Of a DNA stretch of 64,000 bases, positions 28,573 through 38,349 are shown piece by piece. The notes under the pieces were generated by a model. The model was not told the origin of the DNA and ran no database searches. It saw only the letters and a list, made by a program, of their open reading frames with translations. Where the stretch lies: the IMG/VR virus record IMGVR_UViG_3300017722_005389. One strand, given 5' to 3'. Each line of letters begins with the position of its first letter. Within the stretch, counting starts at the first letter, position 1. Origin of the DNA: a virus (lineage: Duplodnaviria; Caudoviricetes). A program made the translations under genes and the position numbers.

Positions 28573-29076
28573 TTATCTTAAATATTCCTTTTTTATTTTT
28601 TTTATATATTTTGAAACTTGTTCTTCCGTAAGAATCAAAGTTTTTCTTTTGAAATTTTCAGAAATTCCTAAAGGATTTGTTTCAACTCCTGTGGCTACTT
28701 GAGGGTTTTTAGTGTTGTCTTTATTGTGTGTTTTTATATGAGAATTTGCAATACCTGTTTTGGCTTTCAAATCTTTATTCATAGTTACTTGCCCACGTCC
28801 TAATTTTAAAGCATTTTCAATATCTTTTCTTAATTCTGATACGCCTTTCAAACTTAATATTTCATTAGGAAATCCATTATTATCAAAATCATTTTTTATA
28901 TTTTTCAGATTTTCATAAGTCAAATTACCAGAAGAAATTAAATTTTTCAGAAGAGTATAACCTTTCAATCCTTTGTTGCCGTTATTTTGTTCGAAGGAAG
29001 CTAATGAACCCTTAAGAAGACCTATAGTGTTTGTTGGAATACTAAATGTTTGTCCTATTAATTTTTGATTAGCCAT
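28573..29076 (-). CDS. Hypothetical protein with a C-terminal LILTEEQ motif
   Basis: 167 aa ORF. Confidence 0.65.
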   Translation of the reverse strand: MANQKLIGQTFSIPTNTIGLLKGSLASFEQNNGNKGLKGYTLLKNLISSGNLTYENLKNIKNDFDNNGFPNEILSLKGVSELRKDIENALKLGRGQVTMNKDLKAKTGIANSHIKTHNKDNTKNPQVATGVETNPLGISENFKRKTLILTEEQVSKYIKKIKKEYLR

Positions 29077-29650
29077 TGAAATACGATTTTAGTTCTTCAA
29101 AATGTTCTGGCTCAAGATTTTTTAAATCAAAAGAATCTAAAATTTTATTAATTACTATTGCAATAATATCATTATGATTTTCTGATTTTTTTGTATTCTT
29201 TATAGATTTAATTAAATTCATAACTTGTGACTGTATTGGTGTTACATTATAAGCATTATTACTTAATTCTTCTAAAGAGGGGATTGAAGGTTCTGATTTA
29301 ATAAACAAATCCCTTTGATTTCTTTTTTGAATGAGTCCTGTGTCATTTTTTTTATCAACTATATCTTCTTCATTCAAATCATCTTCAATCAAGTATGTTT
29401 CAGATACGCTGCCTGCACCATATGAAAATCCACGATAATTGAAATATGCATATCCTTGTTGAGATGCTGATTTTCTTTGGTCATCGGTAGTCCAGCTTAA
29501 TCCATCATTCTTATGCATATTAGTAGAAGTTCTTATCATAGAATTACCAGGAAATTGTTTTTTACCTCCTTTTATGAAATCTCCACCCATGTTTATGATC
29601 TCATTCATAGTATCTTCTGATACTTTAAGTATTTTGCGTTTTTTATTCAT
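29069..29650 (-). CDS. Hypothetical protein
   Basis: 193 aa; TATTTATA on the minus strand at 29668-29675. Confidence 0.65.
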   Translation of the reverse strand: MNKKRKILKVSEDTMNEIINMGGDFIKGGKKQFPGNSMIRTSTNMHKNDGLSWTTDDQRKSASQQGYAYFNYRGFSYGAGSVSETYLIEDDLNEEDIVDKKNDTGLIQKRNQRDLFIKSEPSIPSLEELSNNAYNVTPIQSQVMNLIKSIKNTKKSENHNDIIAIVINKILDSFDLKNLEPEHFEELKSYFNG

Positions 29651-29682
29651 CGAATCAATATATTTATTATAAATATCTTTAG

Positions 29683-31440
29683 GTGTCTAACATAAAACTA
29701 AATAGTAACAAAATCTTTGATATTAAGATAAATAAGTGTAATTACTGGGATTTTTATCTTTCAATGGATAATTCTGTTGATTGTATAAGCTGTTTGAAGT
29801 TGGTAACAGGTGATGTTGTTGCAACTTTCGATTTTAATAATATCAGTGGCTTGTGTAGTACTGTAACATGGGATAAAGCTAAATCATTTAATCAAGACCT
29901 TTGTGATATAGGATTGACAGGTTATGATAACAGATTTGTGCCTTGGTGGACAGGTGAAACTTATAATCCTTCAGGTGATACCACATTCTGTGTAAAAGCT
30001 GTTTCGGGAGATACTTATTGCTATGACATGAACTACATCCCTGCTTATGGAGTTGAACCTGAACATATTCAATTTTGTGGAGGATTTTTTCAAGGTTTTT
30101 ACAGGCTTCATGGCTATGATTATGATGTTCTTCCAAATATGTATTACAAAGGTTGGACAAAGGAATTTTGGATTAAGAGGTCTCAATGTGATCCAGGTGA
30201 ATGGGTTACAATTTCAGGTGAAACAGAAATAGATGGCTTTATTGAATATTGGACAATGGAAATTTTATCTGGTGCCACTTGTGAAGGTAAATACATTCTA
30301 AATGAAATCTACCCTGATAATAAAGGTATTTTTTACTATTGGGGTACAAGGGCTGAAAATAAGTTTTGTTCGATGTCACCGATTTCTGAATTAACTACTT
30401 GTGAGGGAATTCCTTTAGCAAATTATATTGAAGAAAAGGAATTTGAGCCTGAAAATTCATTTTTATATTATACCAGAAGACAAGTTTTATGCAGTGGAGA
30501 ACCAAATTCTTCTGCAGAATTCAATGATTGTTGTGAAGGTTTGATAAATAATGCTTTAGCTTTTAGGATAACTGATGAAGGAGAAGTTGGTTTAAGGATA
30601 TTAACTACTACAGGTGAATGTGCTCTTGTTGATGGCGTGATTATGTTTTCAGGGGCACCTATGGTTGAAGAATTTTATTCAAAACCAAATATAATAAAGG
30701 AAGATAAGTGGTATCATGTGACATATAGATTTGATCCTTATGAAAAACATGAATGTATTGGATATAGGATAGGTTTAGGAGTTTTATCTGTTTTTGTGGA
30801 TGGATTTTTGAAACTAAAGGTAAATGCATTCCCTGAATTTATTCCTTATGAATTAAATGAAATTCCAGAGAAACAATTAGCTGTTCCATTTAATATTAGT
30901 CTTGGTGGGGGCACACAGGGTTTACTTGAAAGTCATTTGTTTTCTGGAGATAGTATTGGGTTATCGGGTGTAACATTGTGTAACTATGCAGCAAAACTTT
31001 CTCGCTGTAGAACTTTTAATGGCATAGTTGTAAATGGAGTAGAAATTGTAAGTCCTCCACTTACTTCAGCTGAACCTGAATTAATAAAAGCTTGGATTGA
31101 AATGAATCTTCCAAGAAGAAGTGGTGAAATTATTGTTGAACCTTATTATATGGGTACTACGGACATTTTAAGAATTGAATTCAAAGCCGTTTATGATAGT
31201 ATTGACTATATATTAGTAGATGGTGGAAGATGTAGAATATGTAAAATAAATTGTATAGATGTTCCGCCTCATAGCGGTTCCTGTGGTTATTTAGAAGAAA
31301 ATTTCGCTGGAACATTCATTGGTGGCATTGGAGAATTTAGATTACATGAAAGACCGCTTTGTTTACAAGAGATCCGATGTAATTTTGAGTTAGAAAAAGA
31401 AAAATATAATAGGCATAGAGATAGATTTGAATGCGAATGA
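29683..31440 (+). CDS. Cys-rich virion protein with a LamG/concanavalin A-like domain
   Basis: GWTKEFW, WYHVTYRF, VFVDG and FIGGIGEFRL are LamG-like motifs; about 26 Cys by hand count; GTG start. Confidence 0.65.
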   Translation: MSNIKLNSNKIFDIKINKCNYWDFYLSMDNSVDCISCLKLVTGDVVATFDFNNISGLCSTVTWDKAKSFNQDLCDIGLTGYDNRFVPWWTGETYNPSGDTTFCVKAVSGDTYCYDMNYIPAYGVEPEHIQFCGGFFQGFYRLHGYDYDVLPNMYYKGWTKEFWIKRSQCDPGEWVTISGETEIDGFIEYWTMEILSGATCEGKYILNEIYPDNKGIFYYWGTRAENKFCSMSPISELTTCEGIPLANYIEEKEFEPENSFLYYTRRQVLCSGEPNSSAEFNDCCEGLINNALAFRITDEGEVGLRILTTTGECALVDGVIMFSGAPMVEEFYSKPNIIKEDKWYHVTYRFDPYEKHECIGYRIGLGVLSVFVDGFLKLKVNAFPEFIPYELNEIPEKQLAVPFNISLGGGTQGLLESHLFSGDSIGLSGVTLCNYAAKLSRCRTFNGIVVNGVEIVSPPLTSAEPELIKAWIEMNLPRRSGEIIVEPYYMGTTDILRIEFKAVYDSIDYILVDGGRCRICKINCIDVPPHSGSCGYLEENFAGTFIGGIGEFRLHERPLCLQEIRCNFELEKEKYNRHRDRFECE

Positions 31441-31967
31441 AATTAATAATTACTGAAGAACAATATAGGCTTCTAAAGGAGGATAATAGTTATGATAATG
31501 TTGTAGACTTATTAATGAATCCTGACAAAGTTAATAGAGAGATATCTTTATTATTAATAAAAAATCAAGGTCTTGGTATTTTAGAAATAGCTTCAAAAAT
31601 ACTTGAGAAAAAAAATATAAGTTCTTTTGAAGATTTAAATTCATTATTAAAAAGTAGAAATGGTAATGTATTTTTACCTATAAAAATTTTGAATGATTAT
31701 GTGGGATTACATACAACTATAAAGAAAAGTGGAAGTTCTGGATATAAATATCAAGATTTAAATGTTGAAATATATAGCAAATCTGATTCTAAAAGACAAC
31801 GAAGTTATAAAAAAAGCATTTTAATATATTCAAATGAACCTGAAGCAGATATTCCTGGGGAGGAAGAATACTTTGAATTTTTAGAAGATGCCTTAAAATA
31901 TTTGCTTGAAATTATTAAAAATGTAATTATAGATGAAATAAATAATTTACCCAAAGAAACTGAATAA
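31437..31967 (+). CDS. Hypothetical protein (MKLIITEEQY N-terminus; possible internal head protein)
   Basis: ATGA overlap places the start at 31437. Confidence 0.6.
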   Translation: MKLIITEEQYRLLKEDNSYDNVVDLLMNPDKVNREISLLLIKNQGLGILEIASKILEKKNISSFEDLNSLLKSRNGNVFLPIKILNDYVGLHTTIKKSGSSGYKYQDLNVEIYSKSDSKRQRSYKKSILIYSNEPEADIPGEEEYFEFLEDALKYLLEIIKNVIIDEINNLPKETE

Positions 31968-31969
31968 CT

Positions 31970-32332
31970 ATGGAATTTTTTATAAAACAAAACGCAACAC
32001 TTCCTTATCTTGAACTTGAATTGATTGAAGATGGTTATGGAGATAGAAGTAATTTTTATGATAAACTTCAAAATGCACTTGTAACATTTTCAATGGAAAG
32101 TGTTGAAGGTTGCGTAAGAAAAATAATTTGCAGACCTATGCAAGTTATTGAGGATGATTGTGGAAAGAATTGTGCTAATTGTCAAAAGAAATATAAGATC
32201 GTTTATCCTTGGAGAGCCAGAGATACAAGTGGAAAGGGTAGGTTTCTTGGTATAGTTGAAATTGACTTCCTTGATGGGTGTGGTAAATTAATTGTACCAA
32301 TACGAGAAAAATTATATGTAAATATTATATAA
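31970..32332 (+). CDS. BppU-N/Ig-like baseplate or fibre adaptor protein
   Basis: FFIKQNATLPYL...VTFSM...IVYPW...DT..G.F.G.VEIDF pattern. Confidence 0.55.
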   Translation: MEFFIKQNATLPYLELELIEDGYGDRSNFYDKLQNALVTFSMESVEGCVRKIICRPMQVIEDDCGKNCANCQKKYKIVYPWRARDTSGKGRFLGIVEIDFLDGCGKLIVPIREKLYVNII

Positions 32333-32334
32333 AA

Positions 32335-33930
32335 ATGAAATCCTTAATAGAAATTTATAACTTAGTTTTAGAATCAAAAAAAACTGAACAACAAGCACAA
32401 GATATACTTCTAAAATCTAAATTTTCTGAAGAAGAAATTTTTAAAATAATAAATGAATTAAAAAAAATTGATACTTCAGAAAATCAAAAATACCTTCCAA
32501 TGATGGCAACAGTTTTTTCTTGGGGGGAAAAAGGGTATAAAACAATTAAAGATATTTTTGATGATTATGATGAATTATTTTTAAATAATAATATTGGTAA
32601 AATGTTTTCATCTAATATGAGAATTAAAATCTTAGAAAAAGATGGTAAAGAAAAGGAATTTAACGATTTTCTAAAATTTACTGAATATATTCACGGAATT
32701 AGAGATAATGCTTATAAAAAGAAATATGGTTATTCTTATGAAGAATATAAATCTGAAGACACGCCTTTGTTTAGTTCAAATAATATAGATGTTTATGATG
32801 CAACTGAAGTTGGAAAATGTATAAAATACACTCAAGGTAGATTAACAGGTAAAAAGTATAGTTTCTGTATTGGTCAACCAATGAATACAATGTATCAATC
32901 TTATAGAGATAAAAAAGTATCTACATTTTATTTTATTGTTGATAGAAATAGATTCAAAACAAATTCAAATGGGTCTGTAAATCTTGATGACCCATTACAT
33001 ATTGTTGTATTGGATGTTACATCATACGGTATTGAATTAACAGATGCAAATAATACAACAGGAAAAGTGGCTGAATATGGTACAAATGTTGATGGATATG
33101 TTTCATATTTAAAATCAAAAGGAATCCCTGTAGATAGCCTTGTAAATAAACCAAAAACTCCTGAAGAAAAAGAAGAAGAAGAACTTCTTGGTAATACAAA
33201 TGATTCTTTAGAGTGGTTTATGCAATTACCTTATGAAATGAAATCAAAATATATAGGAAGGGGGCATAAGCTTACTGATGAACAATTTGATATTATTTTA
33301 TCTGATAAATATTTATTAAATCAATATTTAAATATAGGTAATACTTTATCTGATAGTCAATTTAAAATAATAGAAAATATTCCTTCTGCATTGAATAGTT
33401 ATATAAAAAGTAGAAAAATTGCTATTTCAAATGGAGAAAAAGTTTCTTTAGTTGAATTGGATTATTTGCCTTTAGAAACTATAGATGATATTAAATTAAT
33501 TGATTCTAATCATCCTTTTAGTGATTTTGGAAATAAAAAATTAAAAGAAATACCTGATTCTATTAGAAATTTAAGGAATTTAATAACTTTAAAATTTATA
33601 TCTAATGGTATTGAAGAAATACCTGATTGGATAGATGAGTTAAAATATTTATCATATATATATTTATCTAATAATAAAATACAGAACTTACCTGAATCAA
33701 TTACTAATTTAAAATATTTAACAGAATTAGATTTGTCAAATAATAATATTAGAGAATTACCTAATTCGTTCAAAAAATTAACCTCTTTAAAAAAATTAAT
33801 CCTTTTTGGAAATGAAATCCCTGAAGAAAAAATTATAATTTTAAAAGAATTATTACCAACGTGCGAAATAGTATATGAACAAAAAGATTTTAATCAATGG
33901 AAAAGAAAACAAAGAAGGAGGACAATTTAA
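32335..33930 (+). CDS. Leucine-rich-repeat protein
   Basis: C-terminal LxxLxLxxNxI/L repeats (LSYIYLSNNKIQNLPESITNLKYLTELDLSNNNIRELP). Confidence 0.85.
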   Translation: MKSLIEIYNLVLESKKTEQQAQDILLKSKFSEEEIFKIINELKKIDTSENQKYLPMMATVFSWGEKGYKTIKDIFDDYDELFLNNNIGKMFSSNMRIKILEKDGKEKEFNDFLKFTEYIHGIRDNAYKKKYGYSYEEYKSEDTPLFSSNNIDVYDATEVGKCIKYTQGRLTGKKYSFCIGQPMNTMYQSYRDKKVSTFYFIVDRNRFKTNSNGSVNLDDPLHIVVLDVTSYGIELTDANNTTGKVAEYGTNVDGYVSYLKSKGIPVDSLVNKPKTPEEKEEEELLGNTNDSLEWFMQLPYEMKSKYIGRGHKLTDEQFDIILSDKYLLNQYLNIGNTLSDSQFKIIENIPSALNSYIKSRKIAISNGEKVSLVELDYLPLETIDDIKLIDSNHPFSDFGNKKLKEIPDSIRNLRNLITLKFISNGIEEIPDWIDELKYLSYIYLSNNKIQNLPESITNLKYLTELDLSNNNIRELPNSFKKLTSLKKLILFGNEIPEEKIIILKELLPTCEIVYEQKDFNQWKRKQRRRTI

Positions 33931-33948
33931 CGAGTTACCTTTTTCATT

Positions 33949-36900
33949 TTAAACAAATCTATATGGAGGGTTTTCGTTGTCTATTATGACTTGTTCTCCG
34001 ATGAACCTCATTAATTCTACCCCTGTAAACATTTTTTCATTAGGATTTAAATTTGATTCGTTTGCAAATTCTCTTATTTCTAAAGAATTATTATCGAATG
34101 CATACATTTTATCCGTGAAAACTTCTTGGTAATCGAAAGGTGAATTTGGAGAAAGGTTTGTCATTTCCCAGAATTCATATTCATCTTCAGTGATAAGCAT
34201 CAGTTCATTTATATCTTGTTGTTTATCCTCTTTGTTTTCTATAGGATATCCATGAACAAGTTGTAGTTCTTCATCAGTAAACCATGCACGTTCATTTGCA
34301 GGTCTTTTTAGATGTTTGTTTGGAGCAGGAATTTTATGTCTAATATCTGGATGGAATACAATCCAAACAAGTTCAAGTACTTTGTTAAATTTATTGATAT
34401 ACTTGTTAGCATTATATTTAACTTTTGCATCAAGCTTATCATTTGGAATATAATTACAGTAGAGTACATCTTTTTCAAGAATAATATCTATAACGGCTGT
34501 ATCTCCATCTCTTTTAGACTTTTTAATTCTACCTTTAAACTTGATAGCATCTGCTTCAAATAAAGAATCCAAATCTTTTTCTTTAGAAACTTTTGTTTTC
34601 TTAACAGTTCCATGTATATCTGAAAACTTTTCAAAAGTTGTATTGAAAACAAATGTCCCATCTTGAATACATTTCTCAATAACCTCTTTAATTTTCACTC
34701 TATCTTCATTAAGAAATTTTTCAAGTCTTTTGACTGCAACAGATGTTTTTGCAATATCACCTATTATAAAATATCCTAATGAATTTTTCAAAGTTTTTCT
34801 ATCTTGCGATTCATCTTCTTCATTATCATTTATGTAGTAAATCCAATCACCAATTTCCACTTGAAGATTATTTTTGATTGCAAGCTCCATATGTGCCTGT
34901 TTAGCGTATCTTCCTTCGGCAACACCTTTTTTGTAATCGTCAACTGTCTTTTTAACCTTACTCTTGCTTGCAATCTTTCTTGCAATCAAATCTCCATTAT
35001 ATATTTTTTTGATGTAGCCGTAATAAGAATCCAAGAATTTCACAGGTTTATTCAAAAACAAATCCAAAAGATTGTTTTCGTAAAAATCTACAATAAAACC
35101 GCTTTGTTTTTTATTGATAAGACCTCCACCGACATGAGAAATTTTGTATTTTCCTTTGGATTCTTTGAGATATGAAAAATTACCTTTTGCAAAGTTTATA
35201 CAAGATACAGCAAATTCATCGATAGCCACTCCAGTATAGCCAATCATAAATTTGTCATTGTATTCGGCTACAAATGCTTCAATACCCTTATATTCTTTAT
35301 CTTTATCTGTGAGCCAGGATTTACCTGTACCTACATAAGAATAATTCTCAATTCCTTTTGGAATTACAAAGTTTGCTCCATCTGTATGGAAGTAAACAAT
35401 TTTGAAATCTGCTTTTCCAAAATATTTGATCATATGTCTCATATTTTGTCGGCTTGCACAAGTGATATGCCATGCAGATTCAATATGACAGAATGGTGAA
35501 ACATTAGGGGCTCCAAGCATTCCATAAAAACTATTGATAAGAATTTTCAAAGGAAGCTGCTTTTTATCATAAAACTGCTTCATTTCACTATCAGTAGCCT
35601 TATTCTTCATATCTTTATAATGAAGTCTACTTCTTAGAGCGTATTCAAGAACTGCTTTATAAACATTGGTTATATCTATATCTGGAACTCGACAATGAGC
35701 TAAGAATGTCGCAGGATATTGAGATGAAAAGTCAATTTTAACAATATCTTCGTGATACCCTGAATCAACCATTCCTAATAATCCACCAGTGTACTTTTTA
35801 CTTTCTTCATAATCAGGGATTGCAATACAATTAAGATATGATAGATTAGATAAAATAAGTTTCCATACGGTAGCATTACCTATTACAGATATTTTTTCAT
35901 AAGATGTTGGCAACCATTTAGAAAGAGAAAATGTTGCTTGAGAATATAATTTATCTAACAAATATGGTTCATCCAAGTCATCTTCAAGATATCTTTTAAT
36001 GATATAGCTACCTGTTACAACTTTATATTTGTCAAAATCAATATTCTTATACTTAGTATAGATTTCTTTTATATCCTTTAGAAGTTCTACAGTTTTAAAT
36101 TTTAATTCTATAAAGTTTTTCCAAAGAACATTATCATTTCTTAAGAAATCTCCAAAACCTTCTGTAGAAACTATTCCATCATAATCTACAAGTGCGCTAT
36201 ACATTTTTTCAAATGAAAGCTTTAAAGATTTTTCATTTGCATCAAATGAAAAAATATTGGAGCATTTATCTAAATGAGGAATATCTAAATTTTCATTTGA
36301 GAATCTTAAATATAGATTTTTTATATTTCCGTAAAAATATCCTTTTTCACCCTCATGGATTCTATCGAAAGAAAACTTTGTTTCCTTTGACATACTTTTT
36401 ACTGATGAAAAGTATGTTCCATCTTCATTATTGAAGTAATAAGGATTTTTATCTGAACCAATTTTACCAATCTGGTCTCCATCGACATAAACACGATTTG
36501 CCTTTGCTAAATTGGCATGCTTAATATTATCTTTTAATTTTGCGTTTGGAAGAGATTTATCCTGTTCTGCAGCTCTTTTAACTGCAAACATTACATCACA
36601 AAAATTTCTTCCAAACATTTTAGTCTGGGTATATCTTTCAGTGCTATTTCCAACTTTTACAACAGAATTTTCAATTTTTTTATACATATGGTAATTGAAA
36701 ACCTTGCCATATCTCTCATAAGATGGAGCCATTAGCTCTCTTATGTATTGTAATGATGAATCTTTTATTTTTTCACCCTTCATATTAACTTCCTCAGAAA
36801 CACATCCAAGCAATTGCAATCTTTTTTCCATAAATGGAAAATCAAATCCTTCTCCATTGAAAGTTAAAACGAGGTCTGGATCATAATCCCCAATGATTCT

Positions 36901-38262
36901 ATAAGTTTCTGAAATAATATCGGCTTCTTCTTGTGGTGTTTCTGCCTCAAGAAGTTTTACAAATCCATCATTAGATTTTATACCAATCTGAAATACTTTG
37001 CCCAATTCAGGTTTCAATGCTGCAATTTCTATTTCTTCATTGCCTTTTTGAGCCTTAGTCTCGATATCAATCATCAAAACATTCAAATCTTCATATGTCT
37101 CAATCCCTTTAAACAATCTCCTCCCAGTTTGAATCATGTATTGTTCAAGAGGATTCAAAGTATAAATTTGTGATGGAATTGAATATGTAAAATCATAACC
37201 TAAAGAAACAATATAATCCTCTAAAGGTCGTTTATCCATATTGTCATCAAAAGTATAACAATCGACAACATATAAATTCAATCTATTTTCATCCAAAGAA
37301 ATTTTAAAAATTTCTTTTAAATCTAAACTACTATCGATAAGAGTATCATAAACTGCTTTGAAATCTTTTTCTATGAGTTCGTTTATAAATGTCTTATTAA
37401 TCTTATAGCTTATGCCAGGATACAGCTTTTTATAGAACTTGATTATTTCATCGAAGTTTACTGAATCTTTTGTAAATGGATTAAAATATTCTCTAAATCT
37501 ATAGAGTGAAATGTAAAAATATATTGCAGAGCTTAAATCTTGACTAATATAGTTGAAAAAATTTGTGAATTTTGTTTCATCTAAATAAACTGTCCCTCTT
37601 GCAGAAAGCCCTGCTTCTTTAAAGAAATCTACAAGATTATTGTAGCAACCTGTAATTTTCTTTTGGAAGAATGGGTTATCACTAAATTTTGTTTCGGTCT
37701 TTTTTGATTTAATTGAAATTTTATATTTGAACCCCTTTTCAATTCTATCTATTTTTTTATCATCAAAAGAAGTTATCAGTTCTTCAATTTCAATTCCGTA
37801 TTCTCTTTGTTTGAGATTTACTATTCTTTTCCAATCTTCAATATCTTCAACTTTATATCTTACAACTATAGAATCATCACTGTTTCTTTTGATAATTTTT
37901 GTGGTATCATCAAAAGCCTTTGGAATTCCATTTGGAAGTATAACATGTGAATCACTATACTTGTTATTTGGAACTCTTATAACATTATATCGGAAAAAAT
38001 TTGATGTTTTGAATTGCTTACTCCAAAGAAATGGCTTCAATCCATCTTTGTGTGTAATTCTTGGATTGTCTTTTTGGAATGCTTTACAAAAAATTATATC
38101 TACATCATTATTACCCCTTGAGACTTCAATTGTTCTTATTCCTTGAAGCTCTGAACCAAAAACATCTTTTTCATAAGAACCATTTAGAAAGTCTACAATA
38201 ACCTTTTCAGTTGTTTCTGGTTTTGTTCTGGATTTTTTCGGTTTGAAGATGTTAAACTGCAT
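33949..38262 (-). CDS. DNA polymerase, family B, with 3'-5' exonuclease
   Basis: ExoI DIETK, ExoII FNGEGFDFPF, motif A DFSSQYP, motif B KILINSFYG and a motif C variant YFHTDG; 1437 aa. Confidence 0.95.
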   Translation of the reverse strand: MQFNIFKPKKSRTKPETTEKVIVDFLNGSYEKDVFGSELQGIRTIEVSRGNNDVDIIFCKAFQKDNPRITHKDGLKPFLWSKQFKTSNFFRYNVIRVPNNKYSDSHVILPNGIPKAFDDTTKIIKRNSDDSIVVRYKVEDIEDWKRIVNLKQREYGIEIEELITSFDDKKIDRIEKGFKYKISIKSKKTETKFSDNPFFQKKITGCYNNLVDFFKEAGLSARGTVYLDETKFTNFFNYISQDLSSAIYFYISLYRFREYFNPFTKDSVNFDEIIKFYKKLYPGISYKINKTFINELIEKDFKAVYDTLIDSSLDLKEIFKISLDENRLNLYVVDCYTFDDNMDKRPLEDYIVSLGYDFTYSIPSQIYTLNPLEQYMIQTGRRLFKGIETYEDLNVLMIDIETKAQKGNEEIEIAALKPELGKVFQIGIKSNDGFVKLLEAETPQEEADIISETYRIIGDYDPDLVLTFNGEGFDFPFMEKRLQLLGCVSEEVNMKGEKIKDSSLQYIRELMAPSYERYGKVFNYHMYKKIENSVVKVGNSTERYTQTKMFGRNFCDVMFAVKRAAEQDKSLPNAKLKDNIKHANLAKANRVYVDGDQIGKIGSDKNPYYFNNEDGTYFSSVKSMSKETKFSFDRIHEGEKGYFYGNIKNLYLRFSNENLDIPHLDKCSNIFSFDANEKSLKLSFEKMYSALVDYDGIVSTEGFGDFLRNDNVLWKNFIELKFKTVELLKDIKEIYTKYKNIDFDKYKVVTGSYIIKRYLEDDLDEPYLLDKLYSQATFSLSKWLPTSYEKISVIGNATVWKLILSNLSYLNCIAIPDYEESKKYTGGLLGMVDSGYHEDIVKIDFSSQYPATFLAHCRVPDIDITNVYKAVLEYALRSRLHYKDMKNKATDSEMKQFYDKKQLPLKILINSFYGMLGAPNVSPFCHIESAWHITCASRQNMRHMIKYFGKADFKIVYFHTDGANFVIPKGIENYSYVGTGKSWLTDKDKEYKGIEAFVAEYNDKFMIGYTGVAIDEFAVSCINFAKGNFSYLKESKGKYKISHVGGGLINKKQSGFIVDFYENNLLDLFLNKPVKFLDSYYGYIKKIYNGDLIARKIASKSKVKKTVDDYKKGVAEGRYAKQAHMELAIKNNLQVEIGDWIYYINDNEEDESQDRKTLKNSLGYFIIGDIAKTSVAVKRLEKFLNEDRVKIKEVIEKCIQDGTFVFNTTFEKFSDIHGTVKKTKVSKEKDLDSLFEADAIKFKGRIKKSKRDGDTAVIDIILEKDVLYCNYIPNDKLDAKVKYNANKYINKFNKVLELVWIVFHPDIRHKIPAPNKHLKRPANERAWFTDEELQLVHGYPIENKEDKQQDINELMLITEDEYEFWEMTNLSPNSPFDYQEVFTDKMYAFDNNSLEIREFANESNLNPNEKMFTGVELMRFIGEQVIIDNENPPYRFV

Positions 38263-38302
38263 AAGTTGAAAGATGGTGATTAAGTTGATAAATGAATATA
38301 AA

Positions 38303-38349
38303 GAAAAAACCTCAAAAGGAGTTTAAAAGTTCACTTTTGAGGTTTTTTT
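38303..38349. terminator. Bidirectional hairpin terminator between the neck and polymerase genes
   Basis: AAAAAACCTCAAAAG-n15-CTTTTGAGGTTTTTT. Confidence 0.8.

Noticed and set aside
33949-38262. Intein or intron in the large PolB
   Set aside because: The ORF is continuous and no splice-junction residues or homing endonuclease motifs were seen.
9735-38300. A second promoter class (TATATTnAT) upstream of non-structural genes at about 9750, 20360 and 38295
   Set aside because: Too few and too degenerate to distinguish from AT-rich background by eye.
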